DNA of 64,000 nt from Octopus vulgaris (taxonomy: Eukaryota): contig OX597828.1 of assembly GCA_951406725.2 (NCBI GenBank), positions 49,662,001 to 49,726,000 on the forward strand, read 5' to 3'. The position numbers and the translations under genes are program-made. Position 1 is the stretch's first letter. Each line of letters starts with the position of its first letter. Below the pieces are notes generated by a model. The model searched no databases, was not told where the DNA came from, and saw only the letters and a list, made by a program, of their open reading frames with translations. Shown one piece after another: positions 12,701 through 25,142 of the stretch.

Positions 12701-15700
12701 ATTGAAACACATAAGGGGTGTATTTTGGTCAGAAATATAGTAACGAAAGGGTTAAGAAAAACCAAAAAATATTTTATTCTTTGTAAATGTTGTGTTCAAA
12801 ATAACATTTTCTTTTAAGAATGTGTATATAACAAAGTATGTGTATATAACTACGTGGCTTATATCTTTATATATAAGAGTGAAGTTGTGTGTCTGTCTCC
12901 TACGATTTAGATTCGTAACTACTCCCACATTTTGCGGTGTAGTTTAACCAAAAGCGGGTATCTTATAGTCGCGATTCATATCGAGCCCTTCTGGGTATTA
13001 GTGCGCGTCTACGATGAGTCTACGATTTAAAAAAAATTTACCATCATATTTTTCCATTTTAATGCATATTTTTCGTTATTATATAAGGGAAGTAACTCTC
13101 TAAAAATATCTACGATGTGTCAACGATTTAAAAAAAAAATTAGCTTAATTTTTTTTCAATTTTTAATGCATTTTTTTGCTATTTTTTGGCTATAACTCTC
13201 TAAAAATGCTTATATAGTTATTTCCCTTACAAACCCGAGCAATGCCGGGCGATACTGCTAGTTACTAATAAAAACACATTTAATAAGGCGATAAACCTAT
13301 TACACACATAAGGCCTCAATCGACTTTCTTGTCCCCCGCAGGCATTCCTCCAGCCGCAAGTTAGGGGCCCATAAACAGGATCTATATTCTTCCTTTGAGA
13401 AGGAGTCCATTATATTGTAGAAGTTTCTTTCTTATGGTACCAGAGCCACGTCTGCACCTATGTCCACAGTGTGTATGTAGTTTGCATATTTAGGATTGTA
13501 TTTATACTTGTTTCCTTATTTTTGTCAACCTCATTAGCAATGTCACCATCATTATCAATACAATTATTATTGCTATCTTCACCACCAACTACCATCATCA
13601 CCACCACTTCCACCATTGCCATCACTATTACTATTGTTGTCGTCATCATCTTTCAGGCTGTCACAGAACATATCTACAATATGTTACAAAAGGAGATGAA
13701 ACTGGAAAAAGTCTATGTACCGGTAAGTATGGAACCTCTGAATGTTACATCAAATTGTTATCCTTCCAACTTGCCACCCTGTCACATTGTCGACTTTTCA
13801 ACTTGCCAAACAGTTAGAATGGTCAGTGACTTGGTCACAGATATGTCCCTTTATTATAACATTTGAAATCATGCTTTTACATTTTTGTTTTTCCTCTTTG
13901 ACCCTTTAGCATTTTAACCAGCCATATCCGGTTGAAATATTCTACTTGTTTTATGTTCGCACGTAAAAAGCACCATCCGATTGTGGCCGTTTGCCAGCCT
14001 CGTCTGGCACCTGTGCCAGTGGCATGTAAAAAGCACCATCCGATCGTGGCCGTTTGCCAGCCTTGTCTGGCACGTAAAAAGCACCCACTACACTCACAGA
14101 ATGGTTGGCGTTAGGAAGGGCATCCAGCCGTAGAAACATTGCCAGATCAGACTGGGCCTGGTGCAGCCTTCTGGCTTCCCAGACCCCAGTTGAACCGTCC
14201 AACCCATGCTAGCATGGAAAGCGGATGTTAAACGATGATGATGAGGATGATGATGAACAGTGTTTTCTTGGCTTTGGTCTGTTTTGTTAATGTAACTTTT
14301 TTCCTTTTATTTTATTGTTTTCACAGATTAATCGAATTGGTTTGGAACCACAAAGTTTCATTTTCCAAAGTAAAGATGCCTTGACAAACCCTCACAAATT
14401 ACTGCTGCTAGTCCATGGTTCTGGGGCCGTTCGTGCTGGTCAGTGGGCTCGTAGGTCAGTGGCCTTCTATCAGTCTTATTTTGTCCATTTCTGTCTTCAC
14501 TTAGCCTTACTTCTTACGATTAAAGATTTTGTAAACAAATTCTTGCGGCTTGTTTCTCCAGTTATAGTATGGGTTGAATAGAGCTGCAAATCTCTGTATG
14601 TAAAAATTTCTATCAGAACATGACACTGTAAATACTATATGACTCAATCTACAAACTGCTATGTGGTCATTTGACTTACTAGAAATAAGTCTTAAATATC
14701 TCAAATCACCGGTAAAAGAGGTAAAAGCTTGCTGGATTATTTAGTTTGAGAAAAACTATGTGAAAGAAGACAGGATGGTTGTAGCTGGAATGTCTTTGAT
14801 CAGGACTCTGTTTGACCAGGGGGATTAGACAATAACACTTAACAACAAATGGTTTTTTGTTCACATTGTTTAATCTGGATTATCTGAGTATGTTGTGAAT
14901 TTAGATTACCAACCAGATTACCGAGTATAAAACGAGTTTTTTTTATATATTCAGTAATAAGAGAGTTAAGTGTGGAACAATAGTTTGCGAAAGTAGTTCA
15001 GTCTGTGTAGAAGTAAGATAAATATTGGTTTCAAATTTTGGCACAAGGCCAGCAATTTTGAGGGAGGGGTTTAAACAATTACACCAACCTCGGTGTTCAA
15101 CTGGTACCTACTTCATCCACCCTGAAATGGACGAAAGGCAAAGTTGAACTCGGAACTTGACGATGGATTTCAGGGTCAATGGAAATGTGCCAATCTGGCA
15201 TAATGGATTGGTGACACTGTTAGAGAGTTGCTATGCAATATCAGCTCCAGCTCTTTGTATTGTGACAGTGTATACTGCAATGATACCTGTGGCAAACAGT
15301 ATCACCTGAGGTTGGTAGCCTTTTCCTTCAATACACATTAGCTGTATGGAGAGGGAAGACTTTTGTTAATGGGCAGCTCAGTATTACTGGAAAATAATAT
15401 TACTTCAGCCTTCACATACATGTGCAACTGCATAATCAACCTTGGTCAGTGGAGGCCCTACAGAGGAATGATCTGACTGCCATCAAATATTGGTATTATC
15501 TCAGTGATATCGATCAATGAGGACTTAGTCTTATTGCCTTTGATTCTCAGAGACATAAATGGTGTGAAATGAAATGAGTTGAAGACAATGTTGCAAGAGC
15601 ATTTAGATCCATCCAACAATATTCCTTGATTTTAGGGATTAACCCCTTAGCCTTTAAACCGGCCATATCCGGCCAAAAGTATTCTGCTTGTTTTATGTTC

Positions 15701-18677
15701 AAACTGGCCATATCTGGTCTCTCAGACTAACCCTACAATATCGTTTTAAAAATTAACAGCTACCTCATCAAAATCTCATAACTACAAGGTAATGCATGAT
15801 TAGTTCAAAACGATGTGGATGAAAAAGCATTAGTTTTGGCAGAATAATGTGAACCCTAAAGGGTTAATGTTTCTAACCATTATTGGAACCATATTCAGTA
15901 ACATTCATAGAATCTGTTACAGTGAATGATGTAACTTTCTCTTTGCTAGACTCATCATCAATGACTGCTTAGACAGTGGTTCACAAATGCCATTCATCAA
16001 GAGAGCTGTCCAATCCGGTTTTGCTGTTCTCGTCTTAAACACAAACTTAAACAGAAGTAAAGAAATTGGAAATAAAATCAGGGTGAGACATCTGCGAGTT
16101 TTGTTTGTTTGTTTGTTTGCTTTTGTGCTTCCTGAGGTTGACAATGTGTGTGTTAGGGTGCTTGTATGCGTGTGTGTGGCCCTCTTGTGTATATGTGTGT
16201 GTTGTGGGGAGATGCATGGAGGTGTGAGTGGGATAGGGTTCAAAGGTATCGGGTGCTTGTGTGGAGTGGGAGGGAGTGTATGAGTGCATGTGCAGTGATT
16301 AACCCTTTTGATACCAAACTACCCAATTCCAGCCTCTAATTCTATGTTGCAACCTCCCTGTTTTAGATTGATCTTAATTAAAACCTTTCATCAAAACGTT
16401 GTGTTAATTAGTTCCAAGCAACACCTTAATAATAACCTCAGGGCACTGAACTTTTTGGAGGAGATGACAAAAGACCGAGACATATGGCGCCTTCCTATAC
16501 TCAAAAAGACCCGTCCTCTTCAGCAGAAGTGTTAAGGTTGCTTCCCCTGGTGAAGAGAATTTACCTGGTTGAGTCCTGTGCTAGTACCACATTAAAAAAG
16601 CACCCAACACACACTGTAAAGGGGTCGGTGTTAGGAAGGGCATCCAACTGTAGAAATCAAACTAAATCAGACTGGAACCTGTTGCAGCTTTCCAGTTGCC
16701 AGCCCTGGTCAACCCGTCCAACCCATGCTTGCATGGAAAATGGACATTATAGAATAATGATCACACCTGGCAAGCCAAGTGAGACCATGACCCGTGGCCT
16801 GTGCCAGTGATATAACCAGCCCACTTATGTGTACCTTTCCTTCATTGGACACTAAACTCTGCTTGCAAAGACCTGTTGAGGCAATCAAAATCAAATTTGA
16901 TGACTGGTATCTGTGCCAGTGGAGTGCTAAGAGCACCATCTGAGCGTGATCGTTGCCAGAGCGGCTGACTGGCTTCCTTGCTAGTGGCATGTAAAAAGCA
17001 CCATTCAAGTGTGATCGTTACCAGCATCGCCTTATTGGCACTTGTGCCAGTGGCACGTGAAAAAACATTTGAGCGAGATCGTTGCCAGTGCCGCTGGACT
17101 GGCTCCTGTGCAAGTGGCATGTAAAAAACACCATTTGAGCATGGCTGTTGCCAGTACCACCTGACTGGCCCTCATGCCGGTGGCATGTAAAAGCACCCAC
17201 TACACTCTCAGAGTGGTTGACATTAGGAAGGGTATCCAGCTGTAGAAACTCTGCCAGATCAGATTAGAGCCTGGTGCAGCCATCTGGTTCGCCAGTCCTC
17301 AGTGAAATCGTCCAACCCATGCCAGCATGGAAAGCCGACTTTAAACGATGATGATGATTTTATTAAGTTCTTCATTGTTTTCAAAATTAATTGAAACAAT
17401 GTCAGTGTATTTTTACAGAAAAATTGTAACAAAAAGGTTAAAATCTTCCTGTACTCTATAGTTAAACTTACTATTAATTACTTTTGTTAACACTCAAAAT
17501 TTTACTGTTATCAAAATGTTATTGTTTATTCTGTAGTTAACGCATACTTCTGTGAACTGTAGCAACATAGTTCAGTGTGTTCACAGCAGTTAACACAGTT
17601 CAGTCTATGGTTAATCTCTCATTAATCAATAATCTCTCATGTATTGTTAGTTCATGTGATAAGGTGGTGAGCTGGCAGAATCATCAACATTAAGGTGGCG
17701 AATTGGCAGAAACGTTAGCATGCCGGGCGAAATGCTTAGCAGTATTTCATCTGCTGCTACATTCTGAGTTCAAATTCCACCGAGGTTGACTTAGCCTTTC
17801 ATCCTTTGAGGGTTGATAAATTAAGTACCAGTCACACACTGGAGTCGATGTAATTGACTTAATCTCCTTATTTGTCCCCTCTTATGTTTAGCCCCTTGTG
17901 GGCAATAAAGAAATAAGAATCATTCACATGCCAGTTAAATTGTTTGGCGGCATTTCTTTCTGGCTTTGCTATTGAGGTTAATTTTGTTGTTCATCCTTTT
18001 GTGATTGATAAATTGAGAGCCTGTTGAGCATTGGGGTTGATGTAATGAACATCTCCCACCCTTCAAAACTGTCAGCTTTGTGTGAAAAATTAGGAGGAAT
18101 TATTAGTTCATGTGGTCATCTAGTGTCTGTTATGAGTACATGTCTCAGGAGATGTTAATGTTTTTACTGAATTGGAAATGTTGTTTAATGAAATAAATGT
18201 CAACAATTAGTCTGGTAGTGGTGGTTGTGTGTGTAGAGCAGGCATGGCTGTGTGAAATAGGTGCAGACATGGTTCCAGGTTCAGTCCCACTGCATGGCAC
18301 CTTGGACAAGTGTTTTTTACTATAGCGTCAAGCTGACCAAAGCCTTGTGAGTGGATTTGGTAAATGGAAACTGAAAGAAGCTGGTCATATATGTACACGT
18401 GTATCTTTAGGTCTGTGTTTGTCCCCCATCACTGCTTGACAACCAGTGTTGGTGTGTTTACATCCCCTTAAAAGGATAAATACCAGGCTTTAAAAAAAAA
18501 GTACTGCAGATCAATTCCTCGAGGTGGTGCCTTTAGTCAAAGAAATAGACCCAAGGACTTATTCTTTGTAAGCCTTGTACTTATTCTGTTGGTCTCTTTT
18601 GTCGAACTGCTAAGTTATGGTGATGTAAAAACAACAGCATCGGTTGTCAAGCAATATTGGGGGGCAAACACACAGAC

Positions 18678-18721
<44 letters not shown>

Positions 18722-21700
18722 ATACATACATACATACGACGGTCTTCTTTCAGTTTCCGTCTACCAAATCCATTCACAAGGCTTTGGTCAGCCTGAGGCT
18801 AAAGTAGAAGACACTTACCCAAGGTGCCATGCAGTGGAACTGAACCCGGAACCATGTGGTTGGTAAGCAAGCTACTTACCACACAGCCACTCCTGCACCT
18901 AATTCTTTAATTTAATATCTTTTATTCTGTGATGTTGCAGGGAAACGGTAGTGCTTTAGAACACCTGTTGTATGTGTGGGACAACTTTGTGGTGGCAGCG
19001 AAAGCGAAACATATTGCTTTCGTCTGTCACAGTTACGGTGGAGTGGCAACTGCCAAACTGGTGAGTAATTGTAACTTCTGTATTATTATTATTATTATTA
19101 TTAAATGGTGAGCTGTCAATCATTAACATGTTGGGCAAAATGCTTAGCAGTATTTCGTCCATCTTTACATTTGAAACCATTATTATTATTATTATGTCAA
19201 GAGCAGTGCATGCCGTCAAAGGGACCCTGGGATAAAATACTAGAAGCCCAGTATACTCATCATGACTACCCATCTGATAAGGGTACAGAAAGTACATGCA
19301 TCACAACCATATGTGCGCGACATGGTGATCCCATATCAAGATAAACAGCACATGACCTTGCAGGTGGGGCCCAGTTAGAATTTTCTGCAGGTTGAGTAGC
19401 TTATCCTGCTCAAAAATGTTCCTGAATAAGGGTTATTTAAAGATATTGAACGAAACACTCCTGTTTCTAAAGGTAAATTATTCAAACCCCAAAGAATTCC
19501 TCTCAACACATGGCTATGATGCTCCCTCACTATTTCTGCTCTTGATCAAAGTGCTTTGGGGCCAGCTTGCTACACTCACTCACAATATATGAGATCGTTT
19601 CGTTTTTGCTTCCACACATCCTACAAAGGGGCGATTCACTATTATTGTTGTTGTTGTTAAATTGGAAAGCAATATTTAACATTGTGAGTGCAAAGTTCAG
19701 AAGGTTTGTCTTTGCCTGTCAGCCTAAAAGATGCATGAAATTAGAAAATAATCAAGTTCTAATCAAATATACCCCTAAAATGTGTGACTTTATGCCTATA
19801 TCATAGATGGTTATTATTGCATTATGAAGGCAGTGAGCTGGCAGAATCATTAGCATGCTGGGCGAAATGCTTAGCATTTTGTCTGCCAGTATGTTCTGAG
19901 TTCAAATTCCACCGAGGTCAACTTTGCCTTTCTTCCTTTTGGAGTCGATAAATTCAGTACCAGTGAAACATGGGGTCAATGTAATCAACTAGTCCCTTCC
20001 CCCAAAATTTCAGGCCTTGTGCCAATAGTAGAAAGGGTTATTATTGCATTATAAATGTACCTCACACAATCTTCTACATGATACACCAACATATGTCTTA
20101 CACACACACCACATGTAGCCTTCTCTCTTCATGTCCATGTTTCACTCCCATACAATACACATTCCTTCTGCTGTCTCCAACAGGCATAACAGTCAGCATC
20201 TCCTTCCATTACCAAACATGGTATCTTAGTCTAGTGGTTCTCAACTGGGATTCATCTGGTTCCTGAGGGTCAGGTCCATGTAAGATTTTTGGGGGTCTGT
20301 GCAACAAAATAGTAAATTGGGGATCCAAAATAGTTGTTTAAGAGCCCATGAAAAAAATGTTGCTTTTAGATGTATGTCTTGCAAGAAACAGCTGGGTTTC
20401 TTTCTCTTATGGTTTACATAGCTCGGCCGACACAAAGTTACTGTGTGAAAGACAAAATAGTAAGTTTTTAGACATTGAATGGCTTTGGGGAGTCCATTAG
20501 AATAAAAGTAGTGAAAGGGGGTCATAGATAAAAAAACAACCCCTGTCTTAGTCCTTTCGAAATGCCCTCCTTTCAGGTATTCTCAAACTCCACACTGCCG
20601 AATTCCTCTGCAAAATCAGGATAACTGTGGCCCATCTGAGAAATGAGCCCTGCTAATTGTTGTGGTTGCTGCAGTGAATGTCATTAGCAGTTCCCCATTG
20701 CAATCATTTTCACGAGGCGTGGCTGAACATGTCATTTGGTCTGGGGTGTATGACCCCTGCCTTACTCCCTCCCCACCATCTGGTGCGTAATCCACCTTCC
20801 TTTTTCTTTGTTTCCTTGGTTAGATATTTACGGGGCTTTTTTTTTTCCCTCGATAATTTGGTCTTATGTGTTTTAATATTTTTTCTTTCTTTTCTTCATG
20901 TAAAAATCTTTATATATAAAAGTGAAGTTGTGTGTCTGTCTCCTACGATTTAGATTCCTAACTACTCCCACATTTTGCGGTGCAGTTTAACCAAAAGCGG
21001 GTATCTTATTGTCGTGATTCATATCAAGCCCTTCTGGGTATTAGCGCGCGTCTACGATTTAAAAAATAATTTACCATAATTTTTTTCCATTTTAATGGAT
21101 TTTTTTCGCTATTATATAAGGGAAGTAACTCTCTAAAAATGTCTACGATGGGTGAACGATTTTAAAAAAAAATTACCATAATTTTTTCCATTTTTTGCTA
21201 TAACTCTCTAAAAATGCTTATATAGTTATTTCCCTTACAAACCTGAGCAACACCGGGCGATACTGCTAGTATATTAATAAGAATAAAGTCCATTGCAAAC
21301 AACAAAAATAAATGATTCCATATTCATTCAATTGAAAGGAAAAAAAAATCAATTCCAATCAATTTTTTTGTATTGCATATTTTCATTTTCCTTCAGGTAC
21401 CACTGCAATTATGCATTCTTTACTTGTGTTGTTGCACATACAATATTGCATCAATGACATCATATCTACATATTACATGTGTTTTAACTGTTGAAGGGAG
21501 GAGTGGTGAGGGTGGTGGTCGATGTCCCTTCAGTGTTGTTCAAGATCTTTTTATGTCATTTCAGGCCAACAAGAGAAGGGATTTCTTATCAAGGATTTCT
21601 GCCGTGGCTTTTACCGATTCCATGCCTGACAATTATATCAATGATGCTGATATTAAAGAATTCTTCAAAAAGGTTCTCTCTATGAGTCTTCCTATAATAC

Positions 21701-24700
21701 ATGTGTGTGTGTGTGCATATATATATATACATCAAAATGAATATCAAATGGAAATAGCAGTTGTGATACCTGTGCCAGTGGCATGTAAAAAGCACCATCC
21801 GAATGTGGCCGATGCCAGCGCCACCTTGACTGGCTTCTGTGCCGGTGGCACGTAAAAAGCACCAACTGATCGTGGCCGCTGCCAGCCTCCCCTGGCAAGT
21901 AAAAAGCACCCACTACACTCTCGGAGTGGTTGGCGTTAGGAAGGGCATCCAGCTGTAGAAACACTGCTAGATCAGATTGGAGCCTGGTGCAGCCTCCTGG
22001 CTTCCCAGACCCCGGTCGAACCGTCCAGCCCGTGCTAGCACGGAAAATGGACGCTAAACGATGATGATGATATATATATATATATATATTATAATATGAG
22101 GAGGTGCTGTAAAGTTCCTGGCTGTAGGTAAAAGAAAATACAGGAGGATCAGTTATGATTTTATTCAACATATTCCCCTCTCAGATTCACACACTTATTG
22201 CAGTGGTTGTTCAATTTTTCTAAGCCCTTCAAAAAAAAAAAAAAAAACTCAGAAGGTTGGGCCTCCAACCAGGCCTTTCGTGGTATCCTTAAAGCCAGGA
22301 ACTCTTCAGCCCCCACCTGATCTCTTTGTATCGTACTTCTGTAGTGCTTGTTCATTGGTACTATTTGGAATTAATCATGCATTATATAGTAGCTTAAAGA
22401 TTTCAATGATGTGATTGCTTATTTTTAGAATGGTGTTGTTAGGTAGGTGTGAGAGGTTGGATCTGGCCAGTTTGAACACAAAACAGAATATTTGAGCCAG
22501 ATATGGCTGGTTTTAAATTTGTAGAACCTTACAATCTAGACTAAAATTAATAAATATATATATATATATATATATATGTACATATGTACATATATATATA
22601 TATATATATTCATATATATATGTGCCGGTGGCACATAAAAAGCACCCACTACACTCGTGGAGTGGCTGGCGTTAGGAAGGGCACCCTGCTGTAGAAACAC
22701 TGCCAGATCAGACTGGAGACTGGTGCAGCCCCCGGCTTCCCAGACCCCGGTGGAACCGTCCAACCCGTGCTAGCGCGGAAAGCAGACGTTAAACGATGAT
22801 GATGATGAAATAAATACATCGTATTTTAGGTTCAAGTGTGGCTGTGTAATCAAGAAGTATGTTTCCTAACCACATGGTTTAAGGTTCATTCCCACTGCAA
22901 GGCACCTTGAACAATTGTCTTCTACTATAGCCATGAGCTGACCAAAGCCTTGTGAGTGGATTTGGTTGATGGAAACTGTAAGAAGCTTGTTATAAACATA
23001 TGTGTGTTTGTGTATTACTGTCTCCTTGTTTTGACATCATGTGTTAGTTGTAGATGTGTATCACTGTCATACAGACTTCATCTCCAATCTTTCCTGCTAG
23101 AGGAAAATATTACCTTGCTTGGAAACATGAAGGTTGGTGACAGGAAGAGCATCCAGCTGTAGAAAATCTGCCTCAAACAAATACCATGGCTTGGATGAGA
23201 TTTGTTAAAACAATAATAATGAATAAAAGCACAACACAAATAGAACTGTTGTGTCTGGGGAGAGTCATTCTCTTTTAGTGCCTTATTATTTAACACACTC
23301 ACCGGTAAAATTTCCACTTATTTCTTATTTTTATTTTCTAAAATTTTCGTTGCGTGTTGCAACCTTTTCAATAGTCTTTACTGGTGAGTGTGTTAAATAA
23401 TAAGGCACTAAAAGAGAATGACTCTCTCCAGACACAACAGAATATGCTTCAACACACGAACTCATTGTAAAGAATCTTGCAAACCAAATCCTAAAACAAA
23501 ATACAAATAGAATTGTTTTTGTAAAAAATTTGATGTTAATTGTTGTATGAATTTGTGTTTATTTGTAGAAAAGTCGCAATTGGGTCACCAGTAAAGAACC
23601 TATTGATACAGTGGTAAACTCCTTCAATGGGACAGTCCCTAAAGTATCAGCAGGTAAGATATTGACTTCTGTTTGTTCAGATAATACCACTTCTTTCTCT
23701 CTGCCCATTTTCGTATATAAACCATTTTGTCAGAGGAAATCTGTGTGCATGTGTGGTTGCTTGAGCATCTAAGAAATAGCAGCCAGCCAAATCTACCTCA
23801 AATTCTGTCCAATTGTCTTGATCCTTCCATTACCAATATTTCTGTTGAAATACACTGACTTTTGTGGCAATTAATTTTGAAAATAACAAAGGATTTAGTA
23901 AAATAACATTATTCTTATTAAGCTGGTGTTTGGCGCATAAATTAGCATAAAATTTTGATGAAAGGCTTTCATCAAAGGCGGCGAGCTGGCAGAAACGTTA
24001 GCACGCCGGGCGAAATGCTCAGCAGTATTTCGTCTGCCGTTACGTTCTGAGTTCAAATTCCGCCGAGGTCGACTTTGCCTTTCATCCTTTTGGGGCCGAT
24101 TAAATAAATACCAGTTTCGCACTGGGGTCGTAATAATCGACTTAATCAGTTTGTCTGTCCTTGTTGGCCCCTTCTGTGTCAAATGACTGAAACAAGCAAA
24201 AGATTAAAAGTACAGAAAAAGCATCCTGTATATCTAACCTAATGTGGACATGCTGCAGAAAGCTTATAAAACTGCAGTTTTCATCTTGGGAAAACATCTT
24301 ATATAGGACATACTGTGCTAAAAGCAGTATATAGTATGTCTACTGAGTGCAGTAAGAAACACAATACTATTTTCAACTAATACCACTTCTGCCACTAATG
24401 AATTTTTAAACCAGTCCAACAGCTTTTGGTGACACAAGTGATATGTTAATCACTATTTTTTCTATAATAGTAGAAGCAAAATTTCTCTAAGCATGCTTTT
24501 GAATATGGATTCTTGCTACTGATGATGTGCAAAGAGAGAGAGATTTAACAACCCCCACCATGCCTGCTGGTCACTTCTTGTTTGCTACTGTCTGCTTTTT
24601 AGTACTGTTTGTCTAGACAAGATGCTTTCTCAAAACAAGTATTTCAGTTTTCTTACAGTATAACCACATTAAAATGCTATTCTGAACTAATATGGCTTCC

Positions 24701-25109
24701 AAAACCTGGAGAGGTGGAATTTATATTTTCTTTTTTCTTTTACTTGTTTCAGTCATTTGACTGTGGCCATGCTGGAGCACCGCCTTTAGCCGAGCAAATC
24801 GACCCCGGGACTTATTCTTTGTAAGCCCAGTACTTATTCTATCGGTCTCTTTTGCCGAACTGCTAAGTGACGGGGACGTAAACACACCAGCATTGGTTGT
24901 CAAGCAATGCTAGGGGGACAAACACACACACATATATATACACATATATGACAGGCTTCTTTCAGTTTCCGTCTACCAAATCCACTCACAAGGCATTGGT
25001 CGGCCCGGGGCTATAGCAGAAGACACTTGCCCAAGATGCCACGCAGTGGGACTGAACCCGGAGCCATGTGGTTGGTTAGCAAGCTACTTACCACACAGCC
25101 ACTCCTGCG

Positions 25110-25142
<33 letters not shown>

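Noticed and set aside
13471-13866. 131-aa ORF with signal-peptide/TM-like stretches
   Set aside because: Only 13657-13722 is a FAM172A exon; the rest is intronic (CAT/CAC)n low-complexity sequence.
16900-17215. CRISPR-like repeat/spacer appearance (also 56252-56505, 9026-9237)
   Set aside because: Eukaryotic intron, no cas genes, the 'spacers' are related to each other, and the units belong to a dispersed LINE 3' UTR.
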